Made by a program: the position numbers and the translations under genes. The notes under the pieces are model-generated. The model was not told the origin of the DNA, made no database searches, and saw only the letters and a list, made by a program, of their open reading frames with translations. From Eledone cirrhosa (Eukaryota), in assembly GCA_964016885.1 (NCBI GenBank), contig OZ024740.1, positions 434,310,001-434,374,000 of the forward strand: DNA of 64,000 bases. Direction: 5' to 3'. Shown piece after piece: positions 1-12,409 of this stretch; the first letter of the stretch is position 1, and every line of letters begins with the position of its first letter.

Positions 1-100
1 TAACTTCGACGGGAATTGAACTCAGATCATAAAGGGACGTAACTCTATGCTTCAAAGCATGGTGTCCGACTCTCTACCGATACTGCCAATCCACCGCCCT
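1..100 (-). mobile_element. tRNA-derived SINE (family A), 5' part
   Basis: The minus strand reads agggcggtggattggcagtatcggtag...gagttcaattccc (A-box and B-box). It is homologous to the full copy at 47207-47392. Confidence 0.85.
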
Positions 101-339
101 CACATTAATGTGATATAAATATAACCTCTATGCAGTAACTCGACCTGTTAGAATTAGCCACCAAATCACACTAACACTGTCTTCAGTATAGATCTAAAAA
201 TATTTGTTTAAGCTTGACTTGTTAAATCCCATTCTACGCCATACACATACGTTTTTTGTTGTTGTTTTTTTGTTGTTTTTTGTTATGCCTATTAAAACAA
301 AAAAAAACAGTCTTCACATTTTTACGTTTTGAATGTTAG

Positions 340-470
340 ATCCAGATTGAGCTGCTGCTTCTCTGAATTGAGAGATCACAGCTCTGATACTATGGACATG
401 TGGTTAAAATGTCTCGGGAAAGAATCGCTGGACAGATTGTGCGGGCAAAACCAACTGGTAGGAGACCCAC
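340..470 (+). mobile_element. Old RTE-clade LINE C-terminal fragment
   Basis: Translates as IELLLL*IERSQL*YYGHVVKMSRERIAGQIVRAKPTGRRP, the typical RTE 'LRWYGHV.RM...G.RP' C-terminus with stops. Confidence 0.6.
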
Positions 471-929
471 ATATACAAAAAACAATCACGTTTTATTCAA
501 TATCTTAAATAAAACAAGAAAAAAAACACTAAGTCAACCATTTATTAAAGTTTTCCTGTGACTTTATTTGGTGACTTTTTGCCTGTAACTTATTTTCCTG
601 GATTCAACATCATTCTTCTTCTTCATCCACTTATTCCTGAGAGGGTCGTGGGGGCAGAGTCCTCAAACACTCCTTCCCTATCAAGCAGCCAATATAATGG
701 CCAGTGGAGTTAAAACAGCTGAGAATAAACTACTATTAACTTGGGGATTTAATTTGAAATAAATTGCAATACAAAATTCCAGGTGATTGTATTTATTTGC
801 AGAATTAATAGAATGGTTAAAAAATGTTGTTTGATGTCATTCTATCTGATTTAGTAAAGAATCAGCAACAGTTTTGGGTTAAAGAGGGGCCCACTAACAA
901 GCCCAATATGATATCATGGTTCTGTAAAA

Positions 930-1115
930 AGGCTCCTAGTCCACACTGTAAATGTGGTTAGGGTTAAGAAGGTCATCCAGCCTTACAAAACCTGCCAGAA
1001 ACAAATTCTGTTACAAGTGAGACACAGACTCCCGACCAACCTTGCCTGAAGTGGGACAAAACCGTCCAACCCATGCTAGCGTGGAAGATGTACATTAAAT
1101 GATGATAATGATGAT
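930..1115 (+). mobile_element. RTE-type 3' UTR / SINE tail with (ATG)n end
   Basis: ccacactgtaaatgtggtt...ccatgctagcgtggaaga...atgatgataatgatgat. Homologous to 42970-43145 (+) and 31765-31935 (-). Confidence 0.75.
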
Positions 1116-1204
1116 ATATGTATATATAGTATTAGCTTAACAATGATAATAATAACAAAGGCAAGTTATTTCACCTATTTCATTTCATTGTTTTACGATC
1201 GGAG

Positions 1205-1700
1205 AGTTGATCATATTGATATATTGACTGATCTATAGCAGTTATTGAACTGTATACTATCAGACATAATATATAGGTTCAATCATGCCGTCTTCTTCGG
1301 AAACAATAAAGTTAGAATCTTTATTGGTAGTATATAAACAGGGTAGATATAAGAATAGACAAACCATACAAATATATATTCCAGATTACCTCCTTTGATT
1401 GATAAAGATAATGGCAGGAATGTTGTAGGACCTTGTCCCCATCATTTGAGGGGCAAGGGGACAAAGAAGAAGTAGAATAAGAGAGATAGAAGAAGAAGAC
1501 TTTGGAGAGAAAGGAGATAAGATCATAAGAGTTGTGAGTGTATGTTACTGTATTGCTAACTTGAGAAAGTAATATTTAATAAATTAATAATGGTCTGGTG
1601 ATATTAATACACAGTGATTTAAGTTGTATTTAAATTATTTATTTTTGAATATTTATTAGAGTTTAGATAGAATATGATTTTCATTAAGTCAATTTACTAG
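1205..1700 (-). mobile_element. Inverted copy of the 3' terminal region (pLTR) of Penelope-like element 1
   Basis: Reverse complement of ~5985-6340 (near identical), ~5790-5835 and ~4105-4205. Confidence 0.75.
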
Positions 1701-1719
1701 AAAAACTTGAAATTGAGCC

Positions 1720-2596
1720 AAATTTCTTGGATAAAGTAATAACAGATAAATCAAGAGAGACAAAACAGTGGGAAGTGGCACATAAAAAATTCTCTTCGTT
1801 CAAAGAAAGCAACGCATGAACAGATCCTCAGTGAAAATGGTGATTATCATACTTTTCAACAGCTGTGTTATTAGTGACAAAGCGTGTTTATCTCCATGAC
1901 AGACAGTTAATCAGACCTTCTACAAAGATGTCATGCAGCAACTTCATAAACAGGTCCAGCGAGTTCAAAAGGACATTGCAGGAGAGACGACTGAAATGGT
2001 ATGGACATGTGATGTGCATGGAGGATGACCGCTGGGTAAAGAAGTGCCAAGAAACCCCAGTAGAGGAAGACCATGAAAAACATGGGCAGAGGTGGTGAGA
2101 ATAGACCTCAGATTGCTGAAACTCATGGAGGAGATGACGAAGGAGAGATGCTGTGACAAATGGAGTGATGCTGTGCTGAATAGGACCTATCCCAGCCTGG
2201 AAAGCAGGGAAAAGCGGACGTAAAATGATGATGATGATGATTGCAGGAGACTGGGTATTGCACCATGATAACACGCCTGCTCACACAGCACTTTCAGTTA
2301 GAGAATTTCTTTCAAGGGAAAACATTCCCACTCTTCCATATTCACCCTACAGCCCAGATATAGCTCTGTGTGATTTCTACCTCTTCCCTAAGTGGAAATC
2401 GAAGTTGATGGGTTATTATGTTGGGACAGTGGAAAACATGTAAAACAAGTGTAACACTCACAGAAAAAAAACGTTGGAACCACTGTGCGACTTCCCAAGG
2501 GTCGTATTTTGAAGGAGGTAACTTGTAATTTTATGTGCGCCTGATATATATTTAAATAAAACATCAGTGCTCTTACTTTTAGGACACCACATATGT
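1720..2596 (+). mobile_element. Degenerate mariner (DD34D) transposon, 3' half
   Basis: Contains WVLHHDNTPAH and PYSPYSPDIALCDFYLFPK motifs, with upstream QTVNQTFYKDV. Ends in TIR-like tacttttaggacaccac...ta. Confidence 0.85.
1986..2240 (+). mobile_element. 5'-truncated RTE LINE 3' end inserted into the mariner
   Basis: RRLKWYGHVMCMEDDRWVKKCQE; (ATG)n tail; TSD ttgcaggaga on both sides; same family as 39330-41575. Confidence 0.9.
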
Positions 2597-3165
2597 ATGG
2601 AGGGGCGGTGGAGGGGATATGCCCCCACCCCAATAAATATATATTTTCTCCCCAAACTACCAAAACATACATCTGTTTTCATATGTGCTACAATTTATGA
2701 AGATTGGTTGATGTTGAGTAAGAAAATTTAACGGTAAAGAGTTTAAGGATTTGGTGATATTTAGATAAGCACTTCCCACCTAACCATAAATATCACCAAA
2801 TCCTTAACCACTTTACTGTAAAACTTTCTTACTCAACATCAACCAATCTGCAGCAAAAAATAAGTGCACCGAATCTCTATAAATGTAGGATAGTGGAAAA
2901 TGCACCCATAAATCACCCCCCACAAGTAGACGGAACTGGTGTTACACCAAATATTACTCAGAATGTAAACCCAAACTCATCTAATAATACCAACTACACA
3001 CCCACAACCTGCAAATTACCTGATAATTTAGGTCAACTAAATGAAATATCTAGCAATCATTAGGCTGTAATAATCTCGACTGATCATATCATAGAAAATG
3101 CACCCGCAACCACCCAACACAACTAATCTAATGCAAACCTAATATCTAACAATTCTGTATCCATA

Positions 3166-3513
3166 ATGCCATCCTCAAGTAGTTGCATTACCAATGAAAC
3201 AGACACCAATACAACCAGTGATAACATTAATGATAGTAACAAAAATAATAGTAATAACATAAATAGTAATCTTAGATTATATAACACATCCCACACAAAC
3301 AGATGTAATTGTAGAATTAAAGCTAACTGCTCCCTTAATGGTAATTGCTTAATTAGCAGTATAGTATATAAATGTAAAATAATTACTAAGGGCATTACAC
3401 AATCCTACATAGGTGCTACCTCTAATTCATTTAAGATAAGGTTCTATTCCCATACCCATTCTTTTAAAAATACTAAATTAGCTAACACCACCTCACTAGC
3501 GAGAAACTATTAA
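3166..3513 (+). pseudogene. PLE zinc-knuckle plus GIY-YIG endonuclease (broken ORF)
   Basis: CNC-x5-CSLNGNCL...IVYKC...YIGATSNSFKIRFYSH is the PLE (Naiad-like) endonuclease signature. Confidence 0.85.
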
Positions 3514-3769
3514 CAATTTTAAAATGAAAACTATAGCATACAACCTAGAATGGAGTGTCCTAAAGAACTAACTCATACCTAGGTGAAAGAAGGGAGTACC
3601 AATTATGTTCTCAGGAACAAATCATGAAATTTAAGGATAAGTTACTAAATAAAAAGCAGGAATTAATTATTTCATGTAATCATAAAGTCCTTAAAACCTA
3701 CCTAATACTTGAAATCACTATGGTCAGAACTAGTTTCTTCAACCAAGTGAGATATAACTAGAAATAATT

Positions 3770-3946
3770 GTTTCTACTTTTGGCACAAGGCCAGCAATTA
3801 CCCAATACATTACTGGTACTTTATTTTATCAACCCCATAAGGATGAAAGGCAAAGTTAACCTCGACGGGATTTGAACTCAGACCATAAAGGGACGTAACT
3901 GTGCTGGAAAGCATGGTGTCCAACCCTCTACCAATACTGCCAATTC
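3770..3946 (-). mobile_element. SINE family A inserted in PLE1
   Basis: Near-full SINE body flanked by the 13-bp TSD aactagaaataat (3756-3768 and 3947-3959). Confidence 0.9.
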
Positions 3947-4259
3947 AACTAGAAATAATATATTCTATCTACCTATAGAATAAATGGATGTTGGTAATTA
4001 ATTAAATTAACATTAATCTGATCCTTCAAAAGCGGATATAGTATTTCCTCATTTCAATAACACTATTGACTCCTAAACTAATAAAAATAACTTACAATCT
4101 AACTAACCGACTTAATGAAAATCATATTCTTCTATCTAAACTTTAATAAATATTAAAAAATAATATTATAATCTAAATACAACTTAAATCACCGTGTATC
4201 ACCTGACCTGAGATAATTTTAGCCTTGAAAATTTTTATATCACTCAATATTTTCCCATA

Positions 4260-5576
4260 TCTTCTTCTTCAGCTGAGGTTACACTCGCAAAGATTCAACA
4301 TGCTTTCTCCAATTGTCCCGGTCGAGCAGGACATTTCTTAGTTCATCGATGTTATCAATGTTGGCATCTCTCAGCAGGGTATCAATGAACGAGACGGCCT
4401 GTCTTCCCACACTTCTTTGGCCGACCGCCGGTTTCCAGATCACAAGTTGTGATGCTGTCTCTTCTGGATGACGGATGCAGTGCCCCGCCGGTTTCCAGAT
4501 CACAAGTTGTGATGCTGTCTCTTCTGGATGATGGATGCAGTGCCCCGCCAGTTTCATTCGTCTGAAGGTAACTTTTTTTTAGACTGGTGGTAGTGACCTC
4601 TATAGTTCCTTATTTGTCAGCTTCTGTTTCTAAGAAATGTTGAGAGCCATTCTCAGCATCCTCGTGTAACATCCATCAAGTCTCTTACATAGCACTTTGT
4701 CAATACTCCACGTTTCAAGCAGGACAAACTCAACAGTTGCTAGGAAGAGCGCTCCTTGATTTTTCGGTTTAGGTCAGACTTCCACACCTTCAGTAGCTTG
4801 TGGCATGCCGACCATGTTAATGCTTGTCTAACTTCAAAGTCCTTGCGTGAGCTGTGCATCCATGCACCAAGATATTTAAAGTTTCAACTGTTTTGATTGT
4901 TGTACCGTCCTTAGCAAGAGCCGGAGCTGGATCAACCTAATTGTAGTGCATGATTTCGGTCTTCTTTGCATTGAGATGCAGTCCTATTTTGCCTGATTCA
5001 ACCTCGACATGTGTGAGCAGTGCTTGAGCTTGGTTGATTTCCTCTGTGATCAAGGCAATGTCATCGGCGAAGTCTGTGTCAGTGACAACTTTTGGAAGGT
5101 GACGACAGCTTTTCCTTCGATCCAATTTGAAACCCAACTCTTCCCATGAATGGCCTGTCTCATTGCATAATCGAGGACAATTGTAAATAGGAAGGGTGCA
5201 AGCGTGTTGCCTTGGAGAACACCTGCGAGAATCTCAAAGTAACCAGTGTTTCCATCCGGTGTCAATACGTGAGCTCGAGTACCTTTGTACATCAGACATA
5301 TAGCATGAACTAGCTTTTCAGGCACATCATATGATCTCAGGATCTGGAGCATTCACCCTTGGTGGATGCTGTCGGATGCTTTTCGAAAGTCTACAAATGT
5401 CATTACAGCCTTTAGGTTGTGTGATTGGACATCATCATCATCATCATCATCTTTGTTTAACGTCTATCTTCCATTCAATTAATCTCCTCAATGCAAGAAT
5501 ATGCGCAATAGTCGACCTTCCTGGTCGGAAGCCATTTTGGTTCGGACGTAGTTGTAGATTGATTTTCCCCTATTGA
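4260..5576 (-). mobile_element. RTE-like LINE RT fragment (decayed)
   Basis: GVLQGNTLAPFLF, DFADDIAL, NAKKTE, LAGHC.RHPE motifs; (AAG)n tail; internal 60-bp tandem duplication at ~4425-4545. Confidence 0.85.
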
Positions 5577-6260
5577 AATTACAATTCACCTGTTATTTCT
5601 ATATAACCTTAACAACCTATATAATTAGTACACATTCTTCCTCTATTCAAACTTTATTACCAATCATAAATCAGCATTGGATTTGAAAAATTTTTTTTTT
5701 TTTCTTACTATATATGTATTTATGTATACACATGTAACCTCGATTAAGAAACAAGGCATGCCTTCAAAAGTGTGTTTTTATTAAATATGATTAATTTATT
5801 AAATATTACTTTCTCAAGTTAGCAATACAGTAACTTATAAATTAATCTGACTGGTATAATAACCAAGTAATTTCCCTATATCTAAATTAGAACACCAATG
5901 TAAAAACAGCTTTATTCATTATCAACCAAATGCTTAGCATCCCTCAAGACATCTTTTCTCAGAAGTTTTATCATTCCTAGCACAAGACACTCACAACTCT
6001 TATGATCTTCTTATCTCCTTTCTCTCCAAAGTCTTCTTCTTCTACCTCTTCCTACCTCTCTTATTCTACTTCTTCTACTTCTTTGTCCCCTTACCCCTCA
6101 AATGATGGGGACAAGGTCCTACAACATTCCTGCCATTATCTTTATCAATCAAAGGAGGCAATCTGGAATATATATTTGTATGGTTTGTCTATTCTTATAT
6201 CTACCCTGTTTATATACTACCAATAAAGATTCTAACTTTATTGTTTCCGAAGAAGACGGC

Positions 6261-6678
6261 ATGATTGAACCTATATATTATGTCTGATAGTATACAGTTC
6301 AATAACTGCTATAGATCAGTCAATATATCAATATGATTGAACCTATATATTATGTCTGATAGTATACAGTTCAATAACTGCTATAGATCAGTCAATATAT
6401 CAATATGATTGAACCTATATATTATACAGTTCAATAACTGCTATAGATCAGTCAATATATCAATATGATTGAACCTATATATTATGTCTGATAGTATACA
6501 GTTCAATAACTGCTATAGATCAGTCAATATATCAATATGATTGAACCTATATATTATACAGTTCAATAACTGCTATAGATCAGTCAATATATCAATATGA
6601 TTGAACCTATATATTATGTCTGATAGTATACAGTTCAATAACTGCTATAGATCAGTCAATATATCAATATGTTCAACT
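6261..6678 (+). repeat. 72/60-bp tandem repeat in the PLE1 terminus
   Basis: Units start at 6261, 6333, 6405, 6465, 6537 and 6597 (72, 72, 60, 72, 60, 72 bp). The short unit lacks 12 bp. Confidence 0.9.
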
Positions 6679-6860
6679 AATATGTAATATATCAGACTCT
6701 GTATCTGAAGGATGTACTCAATACGGATTCTATCTCTGGATCTCACTGAATTACTTTTTTTTTAACATAACAAATATGTTTTAAATATATACATAAATAA
6801 CATTACAAATGCTTAGATAACATAAATTGCTCGCGATTCTTTCAGAAGGATATATGCTCG

Positions 6861-8946
6861 GTGCCACGTAAACGGAAAAAACATCCCAAAAGTGCAATTT
6901 GGGAGACTGCAGCAGTCCGTCTTGCCAGAAAAGAACGTTGCAATGCTGAACGTGAGTACAAACTGCATAAATCAGACATTAATAGGAAGAGGCGAACTAA
7001 ATCATCCAACCACCTCAAACAGATGACAAAAAAGGCAGTGCTTCAATTTGAGCAGCGCATAGCAACCATCCCTGACAGTAAGGTGTTCTGGAAGTATGTT
7101 TACTCAAATCAGAGGCCTCACTCTCCAGTTGGTCATCTTCACAATTCCCACACAAACCAGGTTACTGACGACCCCAAGGAATGTGCAGAGCTCATTGCTG
7201 AATGCTATGCAGGCATTTTCACTATTGAAGACCAGAGTGTACTGTCTCCACCACCTATGACACCAGACTCTATTACAACCATCGAATTTACACCTGCAAT
7301 GCTGCGACGTCACCTAAAAAATAAACGCAACCATGCCTCTCCTAGTTTTGATGGTGTTACGTACCTGCTTCTTAAACGTGGTGGGTACTTCCTTCTGCAC
7401 CAGCTATCACGCTTCTTCCAATTGTCTGAAGAACGGTGCTACTCCAGAGCAGTGGAAAACTGCCAGTGTCATTCCTCTGTTCAAAGAGGGTGACCGCACA
7501 TCACCTGTGAACTATCGTCCAGTCAATCTTAATAGTTGCTTTGCCAAACTGATGGAATTCTGTGTCAGAGAAACACTTTGGAACTTCTGGAACTCTCGCA
7601 GTCTTATCCGGCCCTCACAATTTGGATTTATCCCCAACTCCAGCTGCTGTGATCAACTTATAGAGTTTCTTGAGGACATCACCCAAATCACTGATGGCGG
7701 CTCATGGGTGGATGTTGTTTACCTTGACTTTGCGAAAGCTTTCAATTCTGTGCCACACAAAAGGCTTATGGCAAAACTCTCTGCAATGGGTGTGAAGGAT
7801 GATCTTTTTAACTGGTTAAAGTCTTTCATTCTCAGTCGAAGAGAGGTAGTCATGGTTCTAGGACAGCATTCCTCACCATATGAGATGTCATCTGGTGTAC
7901 CACAGGGATCTGTTCTTGGCCCCCTTTTGTTTGTGGCATATATTAATGGCATAGATGCCAACTTAAAGAATGCCACAGTACTAAAGTACGCATATGACAT
8001 CAAGCTGTACCTTGAGATAAAAAGGACAGATCCTGAACACTATAGATCTTGCTTGCAGCCTGACCTGGACACAATGCAACAATGGATCTCAGACTGGCAA
8101 CTCAAGCTAGCTGTGGACAAGTGCACCACCATGCATTTTGGGAATAAAAACCCAGCGTCCATATACTCCCTCCACAGCACTAATATCAAGAAGTCTTCTT
8201 GTGAACGTGACCTGGGCATTACTGTCAGCAGCGATTTGCGTTGGACGAAGCACGTCTCTAAAATTGTCAAGAAGGCCGAAGATGTCTTAGCATCACTCAG
8301 CAAGACCTTTGTCAGCCGCTCTCCAGCTATATATTTAAGGCTGTACATGGCTATGGTGCGGCCACACTTAGAATTTGCATCATCAGTCTGGAACCCCTAT
8401 CTTGCTCAGAACATTGACCTCCTGGAAACTGTTCAGAGACGTGCAACCAAGTGAATACCCTCCATCAGGCATCTACCATACTCTGAGCGCCTCTCTTCCC
8501 TGGGCATGGATACATTGAAGCTCCGACGTCTGGCAATGGACTTGGTAAACACCCACAAAGTTATTAACCATCTTGCCAACAACAACCCTGAATACCTTTT
8601 TGATTTCCATGTGTCTAACACACGTGGACATGTCCACAAAGTCAGAAAACAGTACAGTTCCCGTGACTTTCGGAAACATTTTTTCACGCTCAGAGTTGCT
8701 GAAGCATGAAACAAACTACCTGCATCAGTTGTTAGCTATCGAGACTCTGCATCCTTTAAAACCTCCATGCTTCCCGAGATTCGCCAACACTACACCTAAT
8801 GTTCCCCTCCACACACATATATCATGACTCATACACTGTTCACTTCCCTGACATTTGTATATTATTCTATGTACTATACATGCACCTTTGACGAGTTGTA
8901 GTGCACCTGAGCACTTTACACAATAATTTCATTATTATTATTATTA
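6861..8946 (+). mobile_element. CR1-clade LINE, 5'-truncated, frameshifted
   Basis: NYRPVNL, QFGF, VDVVYLDFAKAF, SGVPQGSVLGPLLF, ERDLG, VRPHLEFASSVWNP, QRRATK; (TTA)n tail. Confidence 0.92.
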
Positions 8947-8989
8947 GTAATTGCTGGCCTTGTGCCTAAAGTAGAAACAACTATTATTA

Positions 8990-9290
8990 TTATATTAAAG
9001 AAAATGTAAAGGAAGGGGTGAACAACGGAGCCAACACCAGAGAAAAAGACAGCAGCAAGGAGTACTGGGTAACCTCTCTAATGAGTTTTGAGGCAAGCCA
9101 GCACACTCGCAGTGTTACCTCGGGTGATGCCGAGGCTGAGGTGCTGGAACAACCAAGCACCCTCGCGAGATTCGCCAGTTACCTCTATTAGGCGAGCCGC
9201 CAGTGAAGAGAGAACCTCGCAGTCAGCGGCCAGACTCCCCCAAACGTCTCAAAAGCCACAGGCTGAAAATTACTTGCTAATGGATTACAG
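8990..9290 (-). mobile_element. CRE-clade LINE 3' end (restriction-like endonuclease C-terminus)
   Basis: The minus strand reads FQPVAFETFGG and, after a frameshift, LAARLIEVTGESREGAWLFQHLSLGITRGNTASVL. This matches the CRE 'P.A.ET.G...FQR.S....RGNA' terminus. Not in the ORF track. Confidence 0.7.
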
Positions 9291-9447
9291 TGAGTTCTAA
9301 CTACGGCCGTACCACGAGAGGTAGATCACATTTTTTTAATATATATATATATATATATATGCAAAAGTTCTATTTAAATTGTTGGGATACAACAAGCAAA
9401 TATTTTTATAACTGATATAAAGCACTCAACAAGTATTTGGAGTAAAC

Positions 9448-9646
9448 ATACGATATTAACAAATGGAAACTATATTTATAAAACCATATTTATTTCATTA
9501 TACATATTTCAAGGACACCAAGTTAAATTATGGTGTGCTTTCATCAGACATGAAAGCACACCATAATTTAACTTGGTGTCCTTGAAATATGTATAATGAA
9601 ATAAATATGGTTTTATAAATATAGTTTCCATTTGTTAATATCGTAT
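9448..9646. repeat. Perfect 97-bp-arm palindrome (loop CAGAC) containing an HHR core
   Basis: 9448-9544 is the reverse complement of 9550-9646. The minus strand gives CTGATGA-stemII-GAAA-TATGTA-TA-ATGAAATA (9549 to 9491). Confidence 0.9.
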
Positions 9647-9654
9647 ATATTAGA

Positions 9655-9780
9655 TGTGAGAAAAACCAGACCCTCCATCTCAACTCTACTTTTGAAAAGC
9701 AGAAGAACTGCGACACCAGTAAAGGAACCAAATAAAAATAACACTCCAGTTTCATTTTCGATTTCATCTTTTTTTTTTAT
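9655..9780. repeat. Short dispersed repeat (second copy 14871-15012)
   Basis: tgtgagaaaaacc...ccctccatctcaactctacttttgaaaagcagaagaactgcga... is shared by both copies, and both lie next to TA runs. Confidence 0.8.
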
Positions 9781-10932
9781 ACTTTCACTCGTGTAAGACA
9801 CCTCGGTTATTTTTCATTTTGTAAAAAAAACCTCACTTTCTAATATATATATATATATATCTATATATATAAAGGGAAGATGGACATTTTTTGGTGTACC
9901 GAACTTGCATGCTACATCGTTCATCCAATTTTCATGAAACCTCACACATATATAAAACTCAACGCGTAGAGTGGAATAGGCTACTTTAAATTTTCGAAAA
10001 ATCGATAATCGGGCCCTATGACAGAATGTTTTCCGATTCCAATGAAATTTTATGTGAATTCGAACACAAGAACTCTTAGTTTACATCTGGCGCAATAAAA
10101 ATAAATTTCATATGCCCATATAAGGACGTGCGTTATTGATTGGACGGCCAGCTGCATGTCTTCCCAGCTGTCTCAGTAAACGACCGACCATTAAAGAGTT
10201 TATCTTTTCATATTCCACCTTATTCAAGTGGAAATACAGTATTATCCCTATCTGAAAAGGGAACCAAATTTAATGGTGCCTTTTGTGATGCTAAAAGCTG
10301 TGAGTAAATTTTCAAACAGTCTTAAATAATCATGCTTTTTTAAAAAAAAATTACTAAATAATACGTTGACCAAGTTGTATTGTACACATACAAAGTTGTA
10401 AAAAATGTTACGTCCGTACCAATGTTTTCCTTTTTTAAACAAAAGATTCTAAAAAATTACTTAATTTATAATACAGTCTTTTGCACAGGAAGTGAGTAAC
10501 TTTTCGGGTGTTTAAACGTAAGCTCACCAGGGTTTGTGTCTTCATTATTAGCCCACCTCTAATGGCATTTTTTGTTCTGCTTACGACTAAATGTTATGAG
10601 CGTATTTGCAATTAATTGCGCACACGTGCACACCTGCATGCAGATAGACACTGACAGCCAATAAAAAATCGATAACTTGCTTATTAAGATATCGGTCAAA
10701 AAGAGAGATTGAATGTACTTTAGAACATTTTTTGAATATATTGTTCTTTTTCGCATGATATGTCAGAAATATAGCTACTATACACTTTGGTTATTTTTTG
10801 TAACTAAAAAACGGTTCCTTTTGGGTGGATACTTAACGAGAAAAATCCTAGGGTTTTGGACAAGTTTGTTTCAGGCGCTGTATAGACGCCTATTTTGTCA
10901 CACCTTGGTCATGAATTCGTATTCTTTTCCAA

Positions 10933-11191
10933 TAGATATTTTCCGCTCTATAAGGCTCACCAGGATATAAGGCATATCATTTAAAATCAGGTCCGCGCAA
11001 CGGCGTGTAAGGCCAACCAGGAAAATGCTATCTTCTTTACTTCTAGTCTAGATCTATTACTTCTGTTAGAGCCGTGATTGATTACCATTGTATTATTTAT
11101 ACATAAGGCTCACCGGAGTATAAAGCGCAGAGCTGTTTTTTGATTAAATTTAATTATTTTAAGTGCAATTTATAGACCGGAAAATTCGGTA
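10933..11191. mobile_element. Tc1/mariner-pogo-like MITE nested in the Helitron
   Basis: Degenerate TIRs attttccgctctataaggctcacc... and ...tttatagaccggaaaattcggta, with internal ataaggctcacc subrepeats. Confidence 0.6.
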
Positions 11192-11313
11192 AGTTATTGT
11201 AATCATATTTCCAAACCTTCCCATTCACCAGTAACCATGCTAACGAATCTGGTGTCATCTCTCTCTGTATTTAATCACCTCTCTCTAACCTAACAGCTTC
11301 GTTACACGTCGTT

Positions 11314-11920
11314 ATGCCCACACGGAAACGTTCAAGACTTACCTCCAAAAAAGGTACAGCTACTGCTTTGAGACAACGAATTAGGCGTTCTCAGGTATGA
11401 GTTCATTCACAATTGATTAATCCTTTATGCAATATTCTCCCTTAATGTTAGCAAGTACTGCGTTTATCCTAACTGTCACCACTTTTAAGCAACTACAACA
11501 TTCTAATCGTAATTATATTAAATTTATTGTCTTACCTTGATTCCCTTTTGTTCATGTTAGACTTTTCTCATTTACTATTGACACTGCCATTGGCTTAGCT
11601 AACCAGTAGAATTAATTAATTTTCTCTAGGAAACACCTGCTGAGCGCGAATCTCGACTCGCTGATAGACGTCTTTCCCGGCTGGTTGAGTCACCAACATC
11701 ACGTACGACAAGGCTAGCTGATGTTCGCCTTCGTCGCCAACAAGCGCTGACGGCGGAATCACCAACATCCCGTCAGACGAGGCTTGAGGCTGTGGCAAAG
11801 GGCAATAACCCTAGATACAATTTTGATCAACTTTTTTCACCTATAGCAAATTTACCGGGACAGGTTTTTAGCTACTCAAATCTACTTCAGAGATCACGCA
11901 TTGATGTAAAAAATCAATAA
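11314..11920 (+). CDS. Two-exon Helitron N-terminal ORF (exon 1 11314-11394, exon 2 11630-11920), 123 aa, basic N-terminus plus STPR-like ET..R..RL repeats
   Basis: MPTRKRSRLTSKKGTATALRQRIRRSQ|gtatga...tttctctag|ETPAERESRLADRR...ESPTSRTTRL...ESPTSRQTRL. The phase-0 GT-AG intron keeps the frame. Confidence 0.6.
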
Positions 11921-12377
11921 AACTGAAGCGGGGCTCGACTTTGCGCAAAAAAACAAGGCAAAGTTACACATGGGAAAACTTTTTACAGGAACGTCCTATA
12001 TTCTTGAAAACTGTCACAAAAGACTCGCCATTATGCCGCGGTTAAGATAAAGGCCCTTATAATTCTTCTTCTGCACATGTGAGAGCAAAAATTGTAAAAA
12101 AAAATGAACCCTGAAAGTAATCGACATTTTCACCCTGCTTTAAATTAACTGAACATTCAATATCAAGCGATTTTGACTTCCGTCAGTCGTGCAGAGAACA
12201 ATTTCAACGATACACTGTGTAACTACAATTAATAAATTACACACCTGTGTCTACTAACCTATTTTTTTTCATTGAAGTTCGAAGTTTTGAACCTGTGATG
12301 CGCGGGAAGTAACTTTCACACATTCTAACAGACCAAAGGTCGACTTACACCCGGGCAACGCCGGGTACTTCTGCTAG

Positions 12378-12404
<27 letters not shown>

Positions 12405-12409
<5 letters not shown>

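Larger units (their letters stand above)
2701..6680 (+). mobile_element. Penelope-like element 1 (5'-truncated, interrupted by a SINE and an RTE LINE)
   Basis: RT C-terminal DKHFPPNHKYHQILNHFTVKLSYSTSTNL from 2764; GIY-YIG domain at ~3290-3700; long AT-rich 3' region with an inverted copy upstream; 5' fold-back at 2701-2849. Confidence 0.8.
9860..12377 (+). mobile_element. Non-autonomous Helitron
   Basis: A|TC start (tctatatatataaa); 3' hairpin cccgg-gcaacg-ccggg followed by CTAG|T; inserted in (TA)n. Confidence 0.85.

Noticed and set aside
6240-6330. HHR in the PLE1 terminus (ccgaaga...gata-gtatac)
   Set aside because: The core deviates at several invariant positions and there is no convincing stem I or cleavage triplet.
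9060-9330. GC-rich multi-hairpin candidate ncRNA
   Set aside because: Better explained as CRE LINE coding sequence on the minus strand.
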